Positions 9,535-19,678 of a stretch of DNA of 64,000 nucleotides are shown piece after piece. The position numbers and the translations under genes were made by a program. How positions within the stretch are numbered: the stretch's first letter is position 1; the number at the start of each line of letters is the position of its first letter. The stretch covers positions 5,381 to 69,380 of the forward strand of contig CAVYYR010000005.1 of the NCBI GenBank assembly GCA_963772785.1, written 5' to 3'. The notes under the pieces are model-generated. The model saw only the letters and a list, made by a program, of their open reading frames with translations. It made no database searches and was not told where the DNA came from. Origin of the DNA: an uncultured Bacillaceae bacterium (GTDB lineage: Bacteria > Bacillota > Bacilli > Bacillales > Halobacillaceae).

Positions 9535-10293
9535 ATGGTGACAAAAGAAATTCTAAAACAAAATAAGGTAAGCTGGGATATCGTTGCGCCACATTTTAAC
9601 GGCGTGGATGCTTTGCCAAACTATGGACCAATCGCTCAAACCGAAGAAGAATTACAGCTTTTCGAAGAACTTCAAGGTAAAAATGTGCTTGAAATTGGTT
9701 ATGGAAGCGGTCATTCCTTGCGTTATATGGATTCTAAAGGTGCGAGTGAACTGTGGGGAGTCGATTTATCCAATGCGCAAAAGAAAGCGGCCACTCAACT
9801 TCTTCAAGGGTTAAAGCCTCATTTATTCTGCGGAGCGATGGAAACAGATGTCGGACTGCCGAAGGAGTATTTTGATTATGTGTACTCGGTTTATGCGATC
9901 GGGTGGACGACAGATTTACAGGCAACCTTTGATCTCATTTATTCCTACTTAAAAAAAGGAGGAATCTTTATATTCAGCTGGGACCATCCTTTATATGCCC
10001 ATGTGACTAGTGAAGATGGAACATTGCGCTTGGAGGGGAGCTACCAGGAAGAAGGGGCTACAGTCATGGAAAATTTTAAAGGGGAAGAGGTGGATATGAT
10101 GATCTATAAGCGGAAAATGTCTACTTATATGAATCAGTTAATTCAATCGGGATTCCAAATAGAGAAAGTTATAGAGAGTGAGCCTGGACAGAGCTACGAT
10201 GGAATAGAAGCAGAAGTGTCCGATCGCTATTATTCATTGTACAAAGTCCGTAAGTTTCCAGCGACTATGATTATAAAAGCATGTAAACGCTAG
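9535..10293 (+). CDS. Class I SAM-dependent methyltransferase
   Basis: VLEIGYGSG motif I, GVDLS, LKKGGIF. Confidence 0.88.
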   Translation: MVTKEILKQNKVSWDIVAPHFNGVDALPNYGPIAQTEEELQLFEELQGKNVLEIGYGSGHSLRYMDSKGASELWGVDLSNAQKKAATQLLQGLKPHLFCGAMETDVGLPKEYFDYVYSVYAIGWTTDLQATFDLIYSYLKKGGIFIFSWDHPLYAHVTSEDGTLRLEGSYQEEGATVMENFKGEEVDMMIYKRKMSTYMNQLIQSGFQIEKVIESEPGQSYDGIEAEVSDRYYSLYKVRKFPATMIIKACKR

Positions 10294-10330
10294 GTTAAAA
10301 GCTGCTGATAACATAGAAGGAGTTGAATTT

Positions 10331-10759
10331 ATGTCCATTCAAGGATTAAATCATTTTCTGTTTTCCGTATCCGATTTACATAAATCGATTCAGTTTTACC
10401 GTGAAGTGTTTGAGGCAGAGTTATTGGTGAAAGGCGAGAACACGGCTTATTTTGATTGGAATGGGATGTGGCTTGCACTTAATGTGGAGAAGAATATTCC
10501 CCGCAATGAAATCAGTCAGTCTTATACTCATATCGCCTTTTCTATTGAACCTTCTGAATATGAAGCGGTTTATAACAAACTTGAGGCGTTGAATGTAAAT
10601 ATCCTTTCTGGACGGCCGCGCAGTGAACATGATAAACAATCCATCTATTTCACCGACCCGGATGGTCACAAGTTTGAGTTTCATACAGGTACTTTGGAAG
10701 ACAGGCTCAATTATTATAAACAAGAAAAACCACATATGGAATTCTATGACCGGTCATAA
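10331..10759 (+). CDS. fosB: FosB/FosM-type metallothiol transferase (fosfomycin resistance)
   Basis: [38 protein letters not shown]. Confidence 0.88.
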   Translation: MSIQGLNHFLFSVSDLHKSIQFYREVFEAELLVKGENTAYFDWNGMWLALNVEKNIPRNEISQSYTHIAFSIEPSEYEAVYNKLEALNVNILSGRPRSEHDKQSIYFTDPDGHKFEFHTGTLEDRLNYYKQEKPHMEFYDRS

Positions 10760-10770
10760 ACCTCACCCTA

Positions 10771-10794
10771 ATATTTCCACCTCAGGTCATCCAT
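10771..10794. repeat. Second copy of the 24-bp repeat at 3419-3442
   Basis: ATATTTCCACCTCAGGTCATCCAT vs ATACTTCCACCTCAGGTCATCCAT. Confidence 0.75.
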
Positions 10795-10861
10795 TTAATG
10801 TAATTTAATCCATATACTATAATTTGATGTAGGTTCTAATTTAATTAAAGTAATATAAAAT

Positions 10862-10888
10862 AAAAAACCCGTCCAATGACGGGTTTTT
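10862..10888. terminator. Bidirectional terminator
   Basis: AAAAAACCCGTC-CAAT-GACGGGTTTTT. Confidence 0.8.
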
Positions 10889-10892
10889 GGAT

Positions 10893-12104
10893 TTAGAAAA
10901 TACCAAACGACATAAGGGATAAGGTTACAGTAATGATAAAGATCAGCCAGCCCACTATATTGATCCAGATTGGATTGACGTATTGGTGAAGTGTTTTTCG
11001 ATTATTCATGGCAAACATTAAGAATAAAACGATAATCGGCAGAATCAATCCATTCGCATATTGAGAAAAAACAATCAGTTGAATAGGATCATATCCCAGG
11101 CTTGAAAAGATTACACCTACGAGCAGAACGATAATCCAAACGAAACGGAATGTCGCTGAACGAAGATTCTTTTCCCATCCGAGCGCTCCGGCTGTGGCAT
11201 AGGCAGCAGCCAGAGGAGCTGTCATGGCGGAAGAAATTCCAGCAGCAAAAATCCCTATGGCAAAGACGTATTTAGCCCATGAGCCAAGCAGCGGCTGTAA
11301 CTGCTCTGCCATTAAGGAAGGATCCTGAATGGAAGTTCCTAAAGGAAAAGCTGCTGCAGCTGTAATGATAATGGAAACGGATATAATTCCGCATATTGCC
11401 ATAGTCAAAAGAACATCGAAGCGGCTGTCGCTCAGTTGTTCTTCCCCTTCAAATCGTTCCTGGACGGTAGAGGATTGCAAGAACAGCGTGTAGGGGACAA
11501 TGGTGGTCCCTATTAAAGAAATGACATACAATGTATTCCCGGAAGAAACCTTAGGAACGAATCCTTTTGTGAAGATGGCAGAGAGGTCAGGCTGGACTAC
11601 GATAGCCGTGATTACAAAGCTTAGGGTCATGATTAAAATAAGTCCTACAAAGACTCGTTCAATCACCTTATATTGGCCAATCCATAAAAGAATTCCGGCG
11701 AGTACTCCAATTAAAACAGCAACCAATTTAGTAGGAAGTCCGGTGATGGCTACCATCCCGAGGGCTCCCCCCACGATATTACCAGCTTCATAGGCTGCAC
11801 TTCCAATCACGATGGCAGAAATAATTAATAGAATCGTGAGCCATTTTAAAACAGGATTGGAAAACTGTTCTCTTAAAATAGTACTTAAATCCTTACGAGT
11901 AATTACTCCAAGTCTTGTTACCATTTCCTGAAGAAACATGGTTGCTATGACGGAAAAAACGAGCGCCCAGATAAGAGCGTAACCAAATTCTGCTCCAACA
12001 TTACTGGCTGTCGTGACCGTTCCTGGCCCAATGATGGCCGCAGCCACAATAGCTCCTGGTCCGACATTTTTCAGCCGTCTTTTAAAGGTGCTGTCTTTAG
12101 GCAT
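10893..12104 (-). CDS. NRAMP-family (YcsG/MntH-like) transporter
   Basis: GPGAIVAAAIIGPGTVTT, QEMVTRLG, IGTTIVPY; many TM helices; canonical DPGN motif absent. Confidence 0.8.
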   Translation of the reverse strand: MPKDSTFKRRLKNVGPGAIVAAAIIGPGTVTTASNVGAEFGYALIWALVFSVIATMFLQEMVTRLGVITRKDLSTILREQFSNPVLKWLTILLIISAIVIGSAAYEAGNIVGGALGMVAITGLPTKLVAVLIGVLAGILLWIGQYKVIERVFVGLILIMTLSFVITAIVVQPDLSAIFTKGFVPKVSSGNTLYVISLIGTTIVPYTLFLQSSTVQERFEGEEQLSDSRFDVLLTMAICGIISVSIIITAAAAFPLGTSIQDPSLMAEQLQPLLGSWAKYVFAIGIFAAGISSAMTAPLAAAYATAGALGWEKNLRSATFRFVWIIVLLVGVIFSSLGYDPIQLIVFSQYANGLILPIIVLFLMFAMNNRKTLHQYVNPIWINIVGWLIFIITVTLSLMSFGIF

Positions 12105-12275
12105 AACGTTCCCTCTCTTTCTATTTTTTAAATAGGAAGTGGCGAAGCTTGAAAGACTGCTTCGGCTAGGTCAGAGAATATGTACATGGCATACATAACA
12201 TTAACAGGAAAATATTTTAATTTTTTAACAATTCCCTTTATCAGCTTGCGTTAATCGTTTTATTTGTAATGCCAA

Positions 12276-13757
12276 TCAGTTGTTATAGGTACCCTGAAGA
12301 CTAGGATAAAGCTTGAGGTAACGCTCGTATTGTGACCTATAAGTCTCCTGGTTTTCTTGGGCAGGTGTGAAGACCTCGGCACCCTGGGGATCGATATATT
12401 TTTCAGTAAATTCCGCGTAATCTTCGACCCAGCCCATCGAGATAAAAGCTGTCGAGGCAGCTCCAAGTACAGTGGAGTATTCGCTTTCATTTGGAACTCT
12501 GATCGTTCTATTTAAAATAGTAGCGAGTGTTTGAGTCCAGACGCGGCTTCTGGTTCCACCTCCTATGACCGTCATGATCCCCTCGTGTTTTTCAGAGAGG
12601 GATTCAATCACCTGACAGCAGGAAAAGCATAATCCTTCTACTACCGCACGTGCGAAATCGGATTTCTGAACAGCAGGGTGAAGCCCGACGAAGGCGCCTG
12701 TAGCTTCCGGGTCCATAACCGGAAACCGTTCTCCGTGCAGATAAGGCAAAAAGAGAACGCCATTTGCACCCGCTGGCGAGGCAGCGGCCAATTTTTCAAA
12801 ATTCGCGTAAGGTGATTTAGTCTGGTCACCCCAGGTATGGACAGCCCACTGATGAACGTTTCCGGCGTTCAACAGCGGGGCGATGGAAATGTTGGTTCCT
12901 TCCGGCAGGTGCGAAAGGGTAAATACTCCGTCTATCTTATTCGCACTCTTTTCTGTTGGAGCAGCTGCCCAGCCCGTAGTTCCCAAGTATAAATACAAAT
13001 CACCTTCGTGAAGAGCGCCTGCACCGAGTGTGGCGGCACCTGCATCCCCGCTGCCGCACAAGACAGGAGTGTCCACGGAAAATCCTGTCCATTGAGAGAC
13101 TTTATCCGTTATCTTTCCTGCTTCTTGTTCAGGTTCAAGGAGACGCGGCATCTTATTAACATCTATTGAAAAATCGGAAAGGAGTTCCTCGCTCCACCTT
13201 CGCTCATGTAGATCCATTAGACCTGAAGTTGCTGCGGTTACAGGGTCGGTTACTGCTTCATTTGTCAACTTATAGATGAGATAATCCTTCGCGCTGAATA
13301 CGAAGGCTTTCGCATATTGGTATGGAGATGGCTGATGCTTCTTCATCCATAATAATTTCGCGAGAGGAGTAGAAGAGCGGATCGAATTCCCTGTTATATT
13401 TGAAAGGAAAGGTTTCTTTGATTGGATAAACCGTGCTTCTTGATCAGCTCTTGTGTCTGAATAAAGAATGGCTGTAGAAGCTGTTCCAGAAGAATCTAGT
13501 GGAATCACATCTTCCATTTGGCCGCTAAACGTAACTGTCCTGATGGCCTTTACACGTTCGGGAGTGGTACTCTGCCAAATTGAAAGGATAGTTTGAAGTG
13601 CCTGCCACCATTGTTCCGGCTGTTGTTCAACTTCCCCGTTCGGGCCATAATTCGTTTCAATTTCTAACGACTGTTCACTCGTCCGGTGACCCTGTCTATC
13701 TAAAAGAATGCCTTTTAGAGCAGATGTTCCCAGGTCGAATGCGGCTATGTAAGTCAT
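12276..13757 (-). CDS. FGGY-family carbohydrate kinase (xylulokinase-like)
   Basis: FDLGTSALK, SGQME, GDAGAA, YLGTTG, LPYLHGER, GGGTRS. Confidence 0.88.
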   Translation of the reverse strand: MTYIAAFDLGTSALKGILLDRQGHRTSEQSLEIETNYGPNGEVEQQPEQWWQALQTILSIWQSTTPERVKAIRTVTFSGQMEDVIPLDSSGTASTAILYSDTRADQEARFIQSKKPFLSNITGNSIRSSTPLAKLLWMKKHQPSPYQYAKAFVFSAKDYLIYKLTNEAVTDPVTAATSGLMDLHERRWSEELLSDFSIDVNKMPRLLEPEQEAGKITDKVSQWTGFSVDTPVLCGSGDAGAATLGAGALHEGDLYLYLGTTGWAAAPTEKSANKIDGVFTLSHLPEGTNISIAPLLNAGNVHQWAVHTWGDQTKSPYANFEKLAAASPAGANGVLFLPYLHGERFPVMDPEATGAFVGLHPAVQKSDFARAVVEGLCFSCCQVIESLSEKHEGIMTVIGGGTRSRVWTQTLATILNRTIRVPNESEYSTVLGAASTAFISMGWVEDYAEFTEKYIDPQGAEVFTPAQENQETYRSQYERYLKLYPSLQGTYNN

Positions 13758-13932
13758 TCTGATCCCTCCAGCTTGAATAGTGAATCCTTATTTCTTCAAA
13801 TTGTACATGATTCTATCCATATATTGAACGTGTAAGATTAAGAGATGATAGAAATGATCAGCTCGTTTATTCCGGCATTTTATTATGAGAAAAACCAGCT
13901 TAAAAACAGGGTGGAAAAAGATCTGTATTTAT

Positions 13933-14138
13933 TTGTAAAATGATAGGCATAGAAGTATATTTATGTTATCTTTAATTCAAGCCATCTTAATTAAAGAGAA
14001 ATTATAAAAAAGAGACGATGGTTTGTATAGGTATAGGATTAGATGGTGTAGCTCTGGTCCATTAGCCGGGGCATCCAGTGGCAGTAAGTCATATGGAGTA
14101 AAAAAGTGGGGATCCTCATCATGGATTTCCACTTTTTT
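13933..14138 (+). ncRNA. Candidate ~170-nt small RNA (promoter, hairpin, terminator, no convincing ORF)
   Basis: TTGTAA 13933-38, 17 nt, TATATT 13956-61; CAAGCCATC/GATGGTTTG stem; terminator 14101-14138. Confidence 0.4.
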
Positions 14139-14194
14139 ATTTGTTATTAAGCTTAGTCAACATTAGGCTTATTGCAGATACGCTCCCGTTTGTT

Positions 14195-14767
14195 GAAGAC
14201 TCAGTTTCGAGATACTGGTTGAAGAGGATGGTCCTTCTGGGGACGATTTCGCTTTCCTTGGGAATGCGCGGAGCCTCCTCAGGCTTCGCCTTCCGGGGTC
14301 TCCCCTGTCATTTTCATCCCACAGGAGTCTTCATCGTCCCCCTACGGACCTTGCGAAATAGGTGGTTGGAAACCCTCTACGAAGATGTCTGCTAAATGAA
14401 GATCGTTAACCTAAGAGCGACGCTGAATTTCTAGTGATTTCAAGGGTATACCCCCTGCTATAAAAGCGTTTATGGTTACTTGAGGATGTTACCTTCTCTT
14501 ATAGAAGGGGCCGTTTTATCCGCTCCTGGCTGGGTGGCGAAGGAAACGACAAGACTCCCGCGGGAGAAGGGCTAGGCGAGACCCCACAGGGAGTGACAGC
14601 GACCGAGGAGGCTTCTGGTAAAAAAGAGGATCGACTAAAATCGCCACGTCCTGTGGGAACGTCGATCGACCCTACATCGTGTAGGGCCGCAGTAAAGCGA
14701 GTTGTTTCCGCAGCCAGCCCTCCTCTATATTAAGTAATGGACCAAAAATATCTCGAAACTTAGTCTT
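14195..14767. repeat. Composite palindromic repeat, copy 1 (hairpin module Y, spacer, module X with insert C)
   Basis: Inverted ends GAAGACTCAGTTTCGAGATA / TATCTCGAAACTTAGTCTT; modules homologous to copies 2-4. Confidence 0.8.
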
Positions 14768-14995
14768 ACAGTAACCAGCCCTATAGTTTAATGATCTGCT
14801 TTGATGAAAATTGGATAGCCGGTTTAATAGATCCTTATTTTTACAAATTCTTAATGTTACTGAAATCCTGATAAGCCGGGAATTTTAATAGATAGGAACA
14901 ACTACATATTTTGTCCCGAGTCTCTGGATGTAGTATAGTTAGAATGAGCGTGAGAATTCTGACAATAGTGTAATAGGAAGAGAGGGGTACACCTA

Positions 14996-15961
14996 ATGAA
15001 TCAGCAAACATTTTTATATCAGCCAAAGATTTCTGATGTGATGAAAAATATTAATAAGGTGATGATTGGGAAAGAAGAAGCGACTTTACTAAGCATTGTG
15101 GCTTTGCTCGCTAAAGGGCACGTACTGCTTGAAGACGTCCCGGGCGTAGGAAAGACGATGCTTGTAAAAACCCTTGCCAAATCCTTAGATTGTGAGTTTA
15201 AACGAATTCAATTCACCCCAGATTTGCTGCCATCTGACGTTACAGGTGTTTCTATATATAATCCAAAAGAAATGGAATTCGAATTTAAGCCTGGTCCTAT
15301 TTTGGGAAATATTGTGCTGGCAGATGAGATTAACCGTACTTCTCCGAAAACACAATCCGCTTTACTTGAAGGTATGGAAGAAACGAGTATTACGGTGGAT
15401 GGAAACGCCGTGCCTCTTAAAGACCCTTTCTTTGTCATGGCGACCCAGAACCCCATTGAATATGAAGGAACGTACCCGCTGCCTGAAGCTCAGCTGGACC
15501 GTTTTTTGTTAAAAATGAAAATGGGATACCCTACTGCAAGTCAGGAAATGGAGATGCTGAGCCGGACCTCAGGTGGACATCCGATCAATGAGATTTCGTC
15601 TGTAATCACCCGCGATGAGCTGGTGGCTTTACAGAAAGAAGTCGAAGAAGTGTATGTGGACACAACCGTAAACCGCTACATTATTGACTTAGTTACAGGC
15701 ACTCGGAAGCACGAAGGTGTCTATCTGGGTGTGAGCCCTCGTGGATCGATTTCCCTCATGAAAGCTGCTAAAGCCTATGCATTTGTTCACGACCGTGATT
15801 ATGTCGTGCCCGATGATGTCCAGTACCTTGCCCCTTATGTTTTGTCACACCGTATGATTCTCACTTCTGAAGCGAACTTTGAAGGAGCAACGCCTGAAAG
15901 TATTATCCAAGAGCTGCTCTCCGCCACCTCCATTCCTGTAAAGAGGAATATTAGTGAATGA
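14996..15961 (+). CDS. moxR: MoxR-family AAA+ ATPase (YeaC-like)
   Basis: EDVPGVGKT, RIQFTPDLLPSD, ADEINR, NPIEYEGTYPLPEAQLDRF. Confidence 0.95.
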   Translation: MNQQTFLYQPKISDVMKNINKVMIGKEEATLLSIVALLAKGHVLLEDVPGVGKTMLVKTLAKSLDCEFKRIQFTPDLLPSDVTGVSIYNPKEMEFEFKPGPILGNIVLADEINRTSPKTQSALLEGMEETSITVDGNAVPLKDPFFVMATQNPIEYEGTYPLPEAQLDRFLLKMKMGYPTASQEMEMLSRTSGGHPINEISSVITRDELVALQKEVEEVYVDTTVNRYIIDLVTGTRKHEGVYLGVSPRGSISLMKAAKAYAFVHDRDYVVPDDVQYLAPYVLSHRMILTSEANFEGATPESIIQELLSATSIPVKRNISE

Positions 15962-17223
15962 GACAGACTCTTCAATTCACGGCTAAACTCCTCGTTGTAT
16001 TGACATTGTTTGCTGTTTTATTTTCTTATGCAATGTTTCAGGGAGGCTTTGTCAGCTGGTTTCTCTTCTACGCATTTCTTCCTTTTCTCGTCTACATGAC
16101 AGGGGTGCTGTTGTATCCAATAAACGACTGGAAGGTAGAACGTAAACTCTCAAAAAGGGTGGCGACAGGAGGCGAAAGTGTTGAGGTTGATGTGACACTG
16201 ACAAGAAGAATCCCTTTTCCAATTTATTATTGCGTCATTGAAGAATATCTCCCGGATTCCCTCAAAAAACAGGACCGTCATCTAGAGAAATTCAGAGATA
16301 TGGGGAAGGCGAGTGAATTTCAGCAGGACAGAATGGTGAAGAAAGTCATGTTCCCCTGGTTCAAGAGACATTTACGCTACCATTATGAGCTTGAGAAGCT
16401 TCCGCGGGGAGAGCACCAGTTCAAGGCTTTCCGCATCAAAACCGGGGACTTTTTTGGGTTTGTTAAAAAAGAGCACGTGTATCGGGAAGAGGATAAACTT
16501 CTTGTCTTTCCTTATAAGCGTCCAGTGAAGCTCCGTGAACGTGTGTACAGCTTTGAACAGGGAGCGAGTCCCTCTTTTAAACTCAATGAAAAAAACACGA
16601 ACGTCGTCACAGGTGTTCGTGAATATATGCAAGGTGACCGTTTTGCCTGGGTAGATTGGAAGACTACTGCCAAAAAGAATCAAATGATGACGAAAGAATT
16701 TGAGCAGGAAAAAAGCGTCGATATGCTCATCATTTTGAATGCGGTCTATCACCCTGCTATGAACCCTTTGAGTTTTGAAGGCTCCGTTGAATTCACGGCC
16801 TCTTTATTAGAAGAACTTCATAAAAAATCTTCGCAGCTTGCTTTCATGACACTTGGAGATGGACGAGCATATTTTCCTTTTCATCAGAACCATTCACAGA
16901 CACATAAGATTCACGGCCACTTAGCCAAGATAAAGCCACTTGGCCGTGTACCATTTTCGCAGCAGCTGGACCGTGAACGGGCTCAGATTCCTTCTGGGAC
17001 GATCGCTTTAGTGATTAGTCATCACTTAGATGAAAATACGGAACAATCCCTCGTTAAATTAGCAAAAAAGAGTAAGCGTCTCGTCTTTTTTTATGTGCGC
17101 CCCAGAGAGCAGATGAGCTTTCAGGACCATCAGCACATTAAGCTGTTAAAAAATCAGGGAATCGTTGTGCAAGTATTATCAGAAGAGCAATTGACCCGAC
17201 AAGAATTTGAGGTGAGTACCTGA
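15958..17223 (+). CDS. DUF58 domain protein (YeaD-like)
   Basis: GVREYMQGD, VDWKTTAK, KEFE; follows moxR. Confidence 0.9.
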   Translation: MRQTLQFTAKLLVVLTLFAVLFSYAMFQGGFVSWFLFYAFLPFLVYMTGVLLYPINDWKVERKLSKRVATGGESVEVDVTLTRRIPFPIYYCVIEEYLPDSLKKQDRHLEKFRDMGKASEFQQDRMVKKVMFPWFKRHLRYHYELEKLPRGEHQFKAFRIKTGDFFGFVKKEHVYREEDKLLVFPYKRPVKLRERVYSFEQGASPSFKLNEKNTNVVTGVREYMQGDRFAWVDWKTTAKKNQMMTKEFEQEKSVDMLIILNAVYHPAMNPLSFEGSVEFTASLLEELHKKSSQLAFMTLGDGRAYFPFHQNHSQTHKIHGHLAKIKPLGRVPFSQQLDRERAQIPSGTIALVISHHLDENTEQSLVKLAKKSKRLVFFYVRPREQMSFQDHQHIKLLKNQGIVVQVLSEEQLTRQEFEVST

Positions 17224-19427
17224 TGCCTAATACAATGAATGACCACCGCTCTGCTGTATTTAAACTTATGATTTATGTAATTGGTTTTCTATTATTCTGT
17301 GAATGGCTACTGCCTCTGGAATCTATTACGGAAACGAAAAATGTGACGATCTTTTTTATTTATGCAACGTTTTGTTTTTTCGTATCTTTTATTCAGGTTC
17401 CATGGTATTTATCTATGCCCCTCAAACTGTTGGGATTAGCCTTTATATTGGACGGACTCTATATTGCAGAAACAATTTTCAGCCGCAATTGGTTTTCTGT
17501 CCTATATGATCAAATTATCTTTAATATACAGGTGATCCAGGCGCAGGAATGGTGGCAGATGACTCCTTTGTTCCGGAGTCTTCTTTTTCTCATCCTGTTA
17601 TGGCTGATGAGTTACTTGCTGTTCTACTGGATTGTAGTGGCTAACCGTATGTTCGTGTTCGTACTGCTTACACTTATTTACGTTACGGTAGTCGATACGT
17701 TTACTGTCTACGATGGAAAATGGGCGATCATCCGCACGTTCGTTCTGGCAATGGCTGCTCTTGGTGTTACCAGCTTCCACAAAGAGATGGATAAAGAATC
17801 GATTGCTTTGGGCGGGTTTAAAAAAGGTCACTTATGGGTGCTGCCTTTACTTGCGATCATCCTGTTTTCAACAGTTGCGGCTTATGCTTCTCCCAAACTT
17901 TCTCCGCAGTGGCCGGACCCCGTTCCCTTTATCCAGAGTGCTGCCGAAGGCGCTGGTCCAGGAGGGGGCGGTGTCGTCCAAAAGGTCGGATATGGTGAAA
18001 ACGATAGTCGTCTCGGAGGATCCTTTATTCAGGACGATACCCGTGTCTTTACGGCCATGGCCGATGGGGAAAGGTACTGGAGGATTGAATCGAAAGATAC
18101 GTACACCGGAAAAGGCTGGGAAGATACATTGGAAGATCCGGTCCAAACGGTTTCTCCTGACAATATTCCTTTTCAAACCTTTACGGATGAAGTCGAAGTA
18201 GAAGAACAACAGTCCTTTGTCGAGTTAACTAGTGAAGCTGATTTTCGAAAACTGGTGTATCCATATGGCGCCACTTCACTTGACTCTTACCCCGAAGATT
18301 ATAGGCTTCAGATTCATGAAAATACTGGTGAAATGGATACACTTAAAGGAGATTCCCCAGCTAAGCTGAACAGATACGTCATCAACTATGATTTTCCTTC
18401 TTTTGAATATGATCAGCTGCGTGAATCGAGTACCGAAGACCCGGAAGAGATCAAAGAGAACTACTTGCAGCTTCCAGATTCCCTGCCGGGGCGAGTGCGC
18501 AACCTCGCCAGTCAAATCATAGAAGACGAGGACAATCGGTATGATAAAGCGAAAGCTGTAGAGTCGTATTTTTCATCGAATGGATTCGAATATTCAACGA
18601 CCGATGTACCGGTGCCTGATGAAAATGAGGACTATGTGAACCAGTTTTTATTCGAATCTCAAATTGGGTACTGCGATAACTTCTCGACCTCGATGGTGGT
18701 TATGCTTAGGTCTGAAGGCATTCCAGCGCGATGGGTAAAAGGGTTCACAGGTGGAGAGCGGATTGATGCGACTGAATCACCTTATACAGACGGACTCCAG
18801 AATAAATATGAAATCACAAGCGGCAATGCGCATTCGTGGGTGGAAGTTTATTTCCCAGATGTGGGCTGGGTTCCATTTGAACCAACGAAAGGGTTCACAA
18901 ACAACGCGGATTTCTATACAGATATAGAGACCGATGACAGTGACTCGGCAGCTTCAGGTTCAGATACGGAAACCCCCGAAGATAATATGGGCAACCCGCA
19001 GCAAATGGAAGATCAGGAAGCAGCGTCTGATTCTGAGTCCGTTAACATCAATTCAGAACAGAGCTATGTATGGGTCTATGTTCTGGCTGTATTTCTACTC
19101 CTTGCTCTACTCGTTCTGTATGTGACTCGTTACAAGTGGATCTCCGCTTTTCTCATTCGACGCTATCGAAAAAGAGAGGACGAGGAAACGTATGAAAAAG
19201 CCTACCAATATTTACTAAAAGTATTGGATCATAAAGGATTTAAGCGTAAACCCGAACAGACGCTCAGAGACTATGCCTTCGTCGTCGACCGCCACTTCCA
19301 GTCCAATGACATGCGGCGTTTGACGAATAATTATGAGCGGGTTCTGTACAGAAATGAGAGTCGCCGTTCCCATTGGCCAAAAGTCACTGAATTATGGGAA
19401 AATTTAATTAAAAAAGCATTGTCTTGA
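17223..19427 (+). CDS. Membrane transglutaminase-like protein (YebA/TgpA)
   Basis: N-terminal TM helices, GYCDNFS, AHSWVEVYFPDVGWVPFEPT, acidic linker and C-terminal TM helix. Confidence 0.9.
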   Translation: MPNTMNDHRSAVFKLMIYVIGFLLFCEWLLPLESITETKNVTIFFIYATFCFFVSFIQVPWYLSMPLKLLGLAFILDGLYIAETIFSRNWFSVLYDQIIFNIQVIQAQEWWQMTPLFRSLLFLILLWLMSYLLFYWIVVANRMFVFVLLTLIYVTVVDTFTVYDGKWAIIRTFVLAMAALGVTSFHKEMDKESIALGGFKKGHLWVLPLLAIILFSTVAAYASPKLSPQWPDPVPFIQSAAEGAGPGGGGVVQKVGYGENDSRLGGSFIQDDTRVFTAMADGERYWRIESKDTYTGKGWEDTLEDPVQTVSPDNIPFQTFTDEVEVEEQQSFVELTSEADFRKLVYPYGATSLDSYPEDYRLQIHENTGEMDTLKGDSPAKLNRYVINYDFPSFEYDQLRESSTEDPEEIKENYLQLPDSLPGRVRNLASQIIEDEDNRYDKAKAVESYFSSNGFEYSTTDVPVPDENEDYVNQFLFESQIGYCDNFSTSMVVMLRSEGIPARWVKGFTGGERIDATESPYTDGLQNKYEITSGNAHSWVEVYFPDVGWVPFEPTKGFTNNADFYTDIETDDSDSAASGSDTETPEDNMGNPQQMEDQEAASDSESVNINSEQSYVWVYVLAVFLLLALLVLYVTRYKWISAFLIRRYRKREDEETYEKAYQYLLKVLDHKGFKRKPEQTLRDYAFVVDRHFQSNDMRRLTNNYERVLYRNESRRSHWPKVTELWENLIKKALS

Positions 19428-19452
19428 TTCCTGTCAGAACCGTTGATAGAAT
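19424..19452 (+). promoter_or_regulatory. SigA promoter of guaA
   Basis: TTGATT, 17 nt, TAGAAT. Confidence 0.65.
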
Positions 19453-19475
19453 GAATGGAAATTAGACGCATTCTT

Positions 19476-19630
19476 CCTTCGTATATCCTCGAGAATATGG
19501 CTCGAGAGTCTCTACCGGGGCACCGTAAATGTCCTGACTATGAAGGTGGGGATCACGTGACGAGATATGCACGGATGGATTTCTGCCTTCGCCTGAATTA
19601 TTTTAACGGGAAGGTGGGAATCCTTTTTTT
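19476..19630 (+). ncRNA. Guanine riboswitch with terminator upstream of guaA
   Basis: CCTTCGTA...ATATGG...GTCTCTACC...CCGTAAA...GACTATGAAGG (C74); terminator 19577-19630. Confidence 0.92.
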
Positions 19631-19678
19631 ATAGGCCCCTGGTCGTGCGTTTTTTCTAATGAAAAGGAGTGGAAAGAT

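Noticed and set aside
14141-14395. ORFs within the composite repeats (also 41853-42050, 42134-42337, 54487-54672)
   Set aside because: They are incidental frames in palindromic repeat DNA, lack SDs and are not shared between copies.
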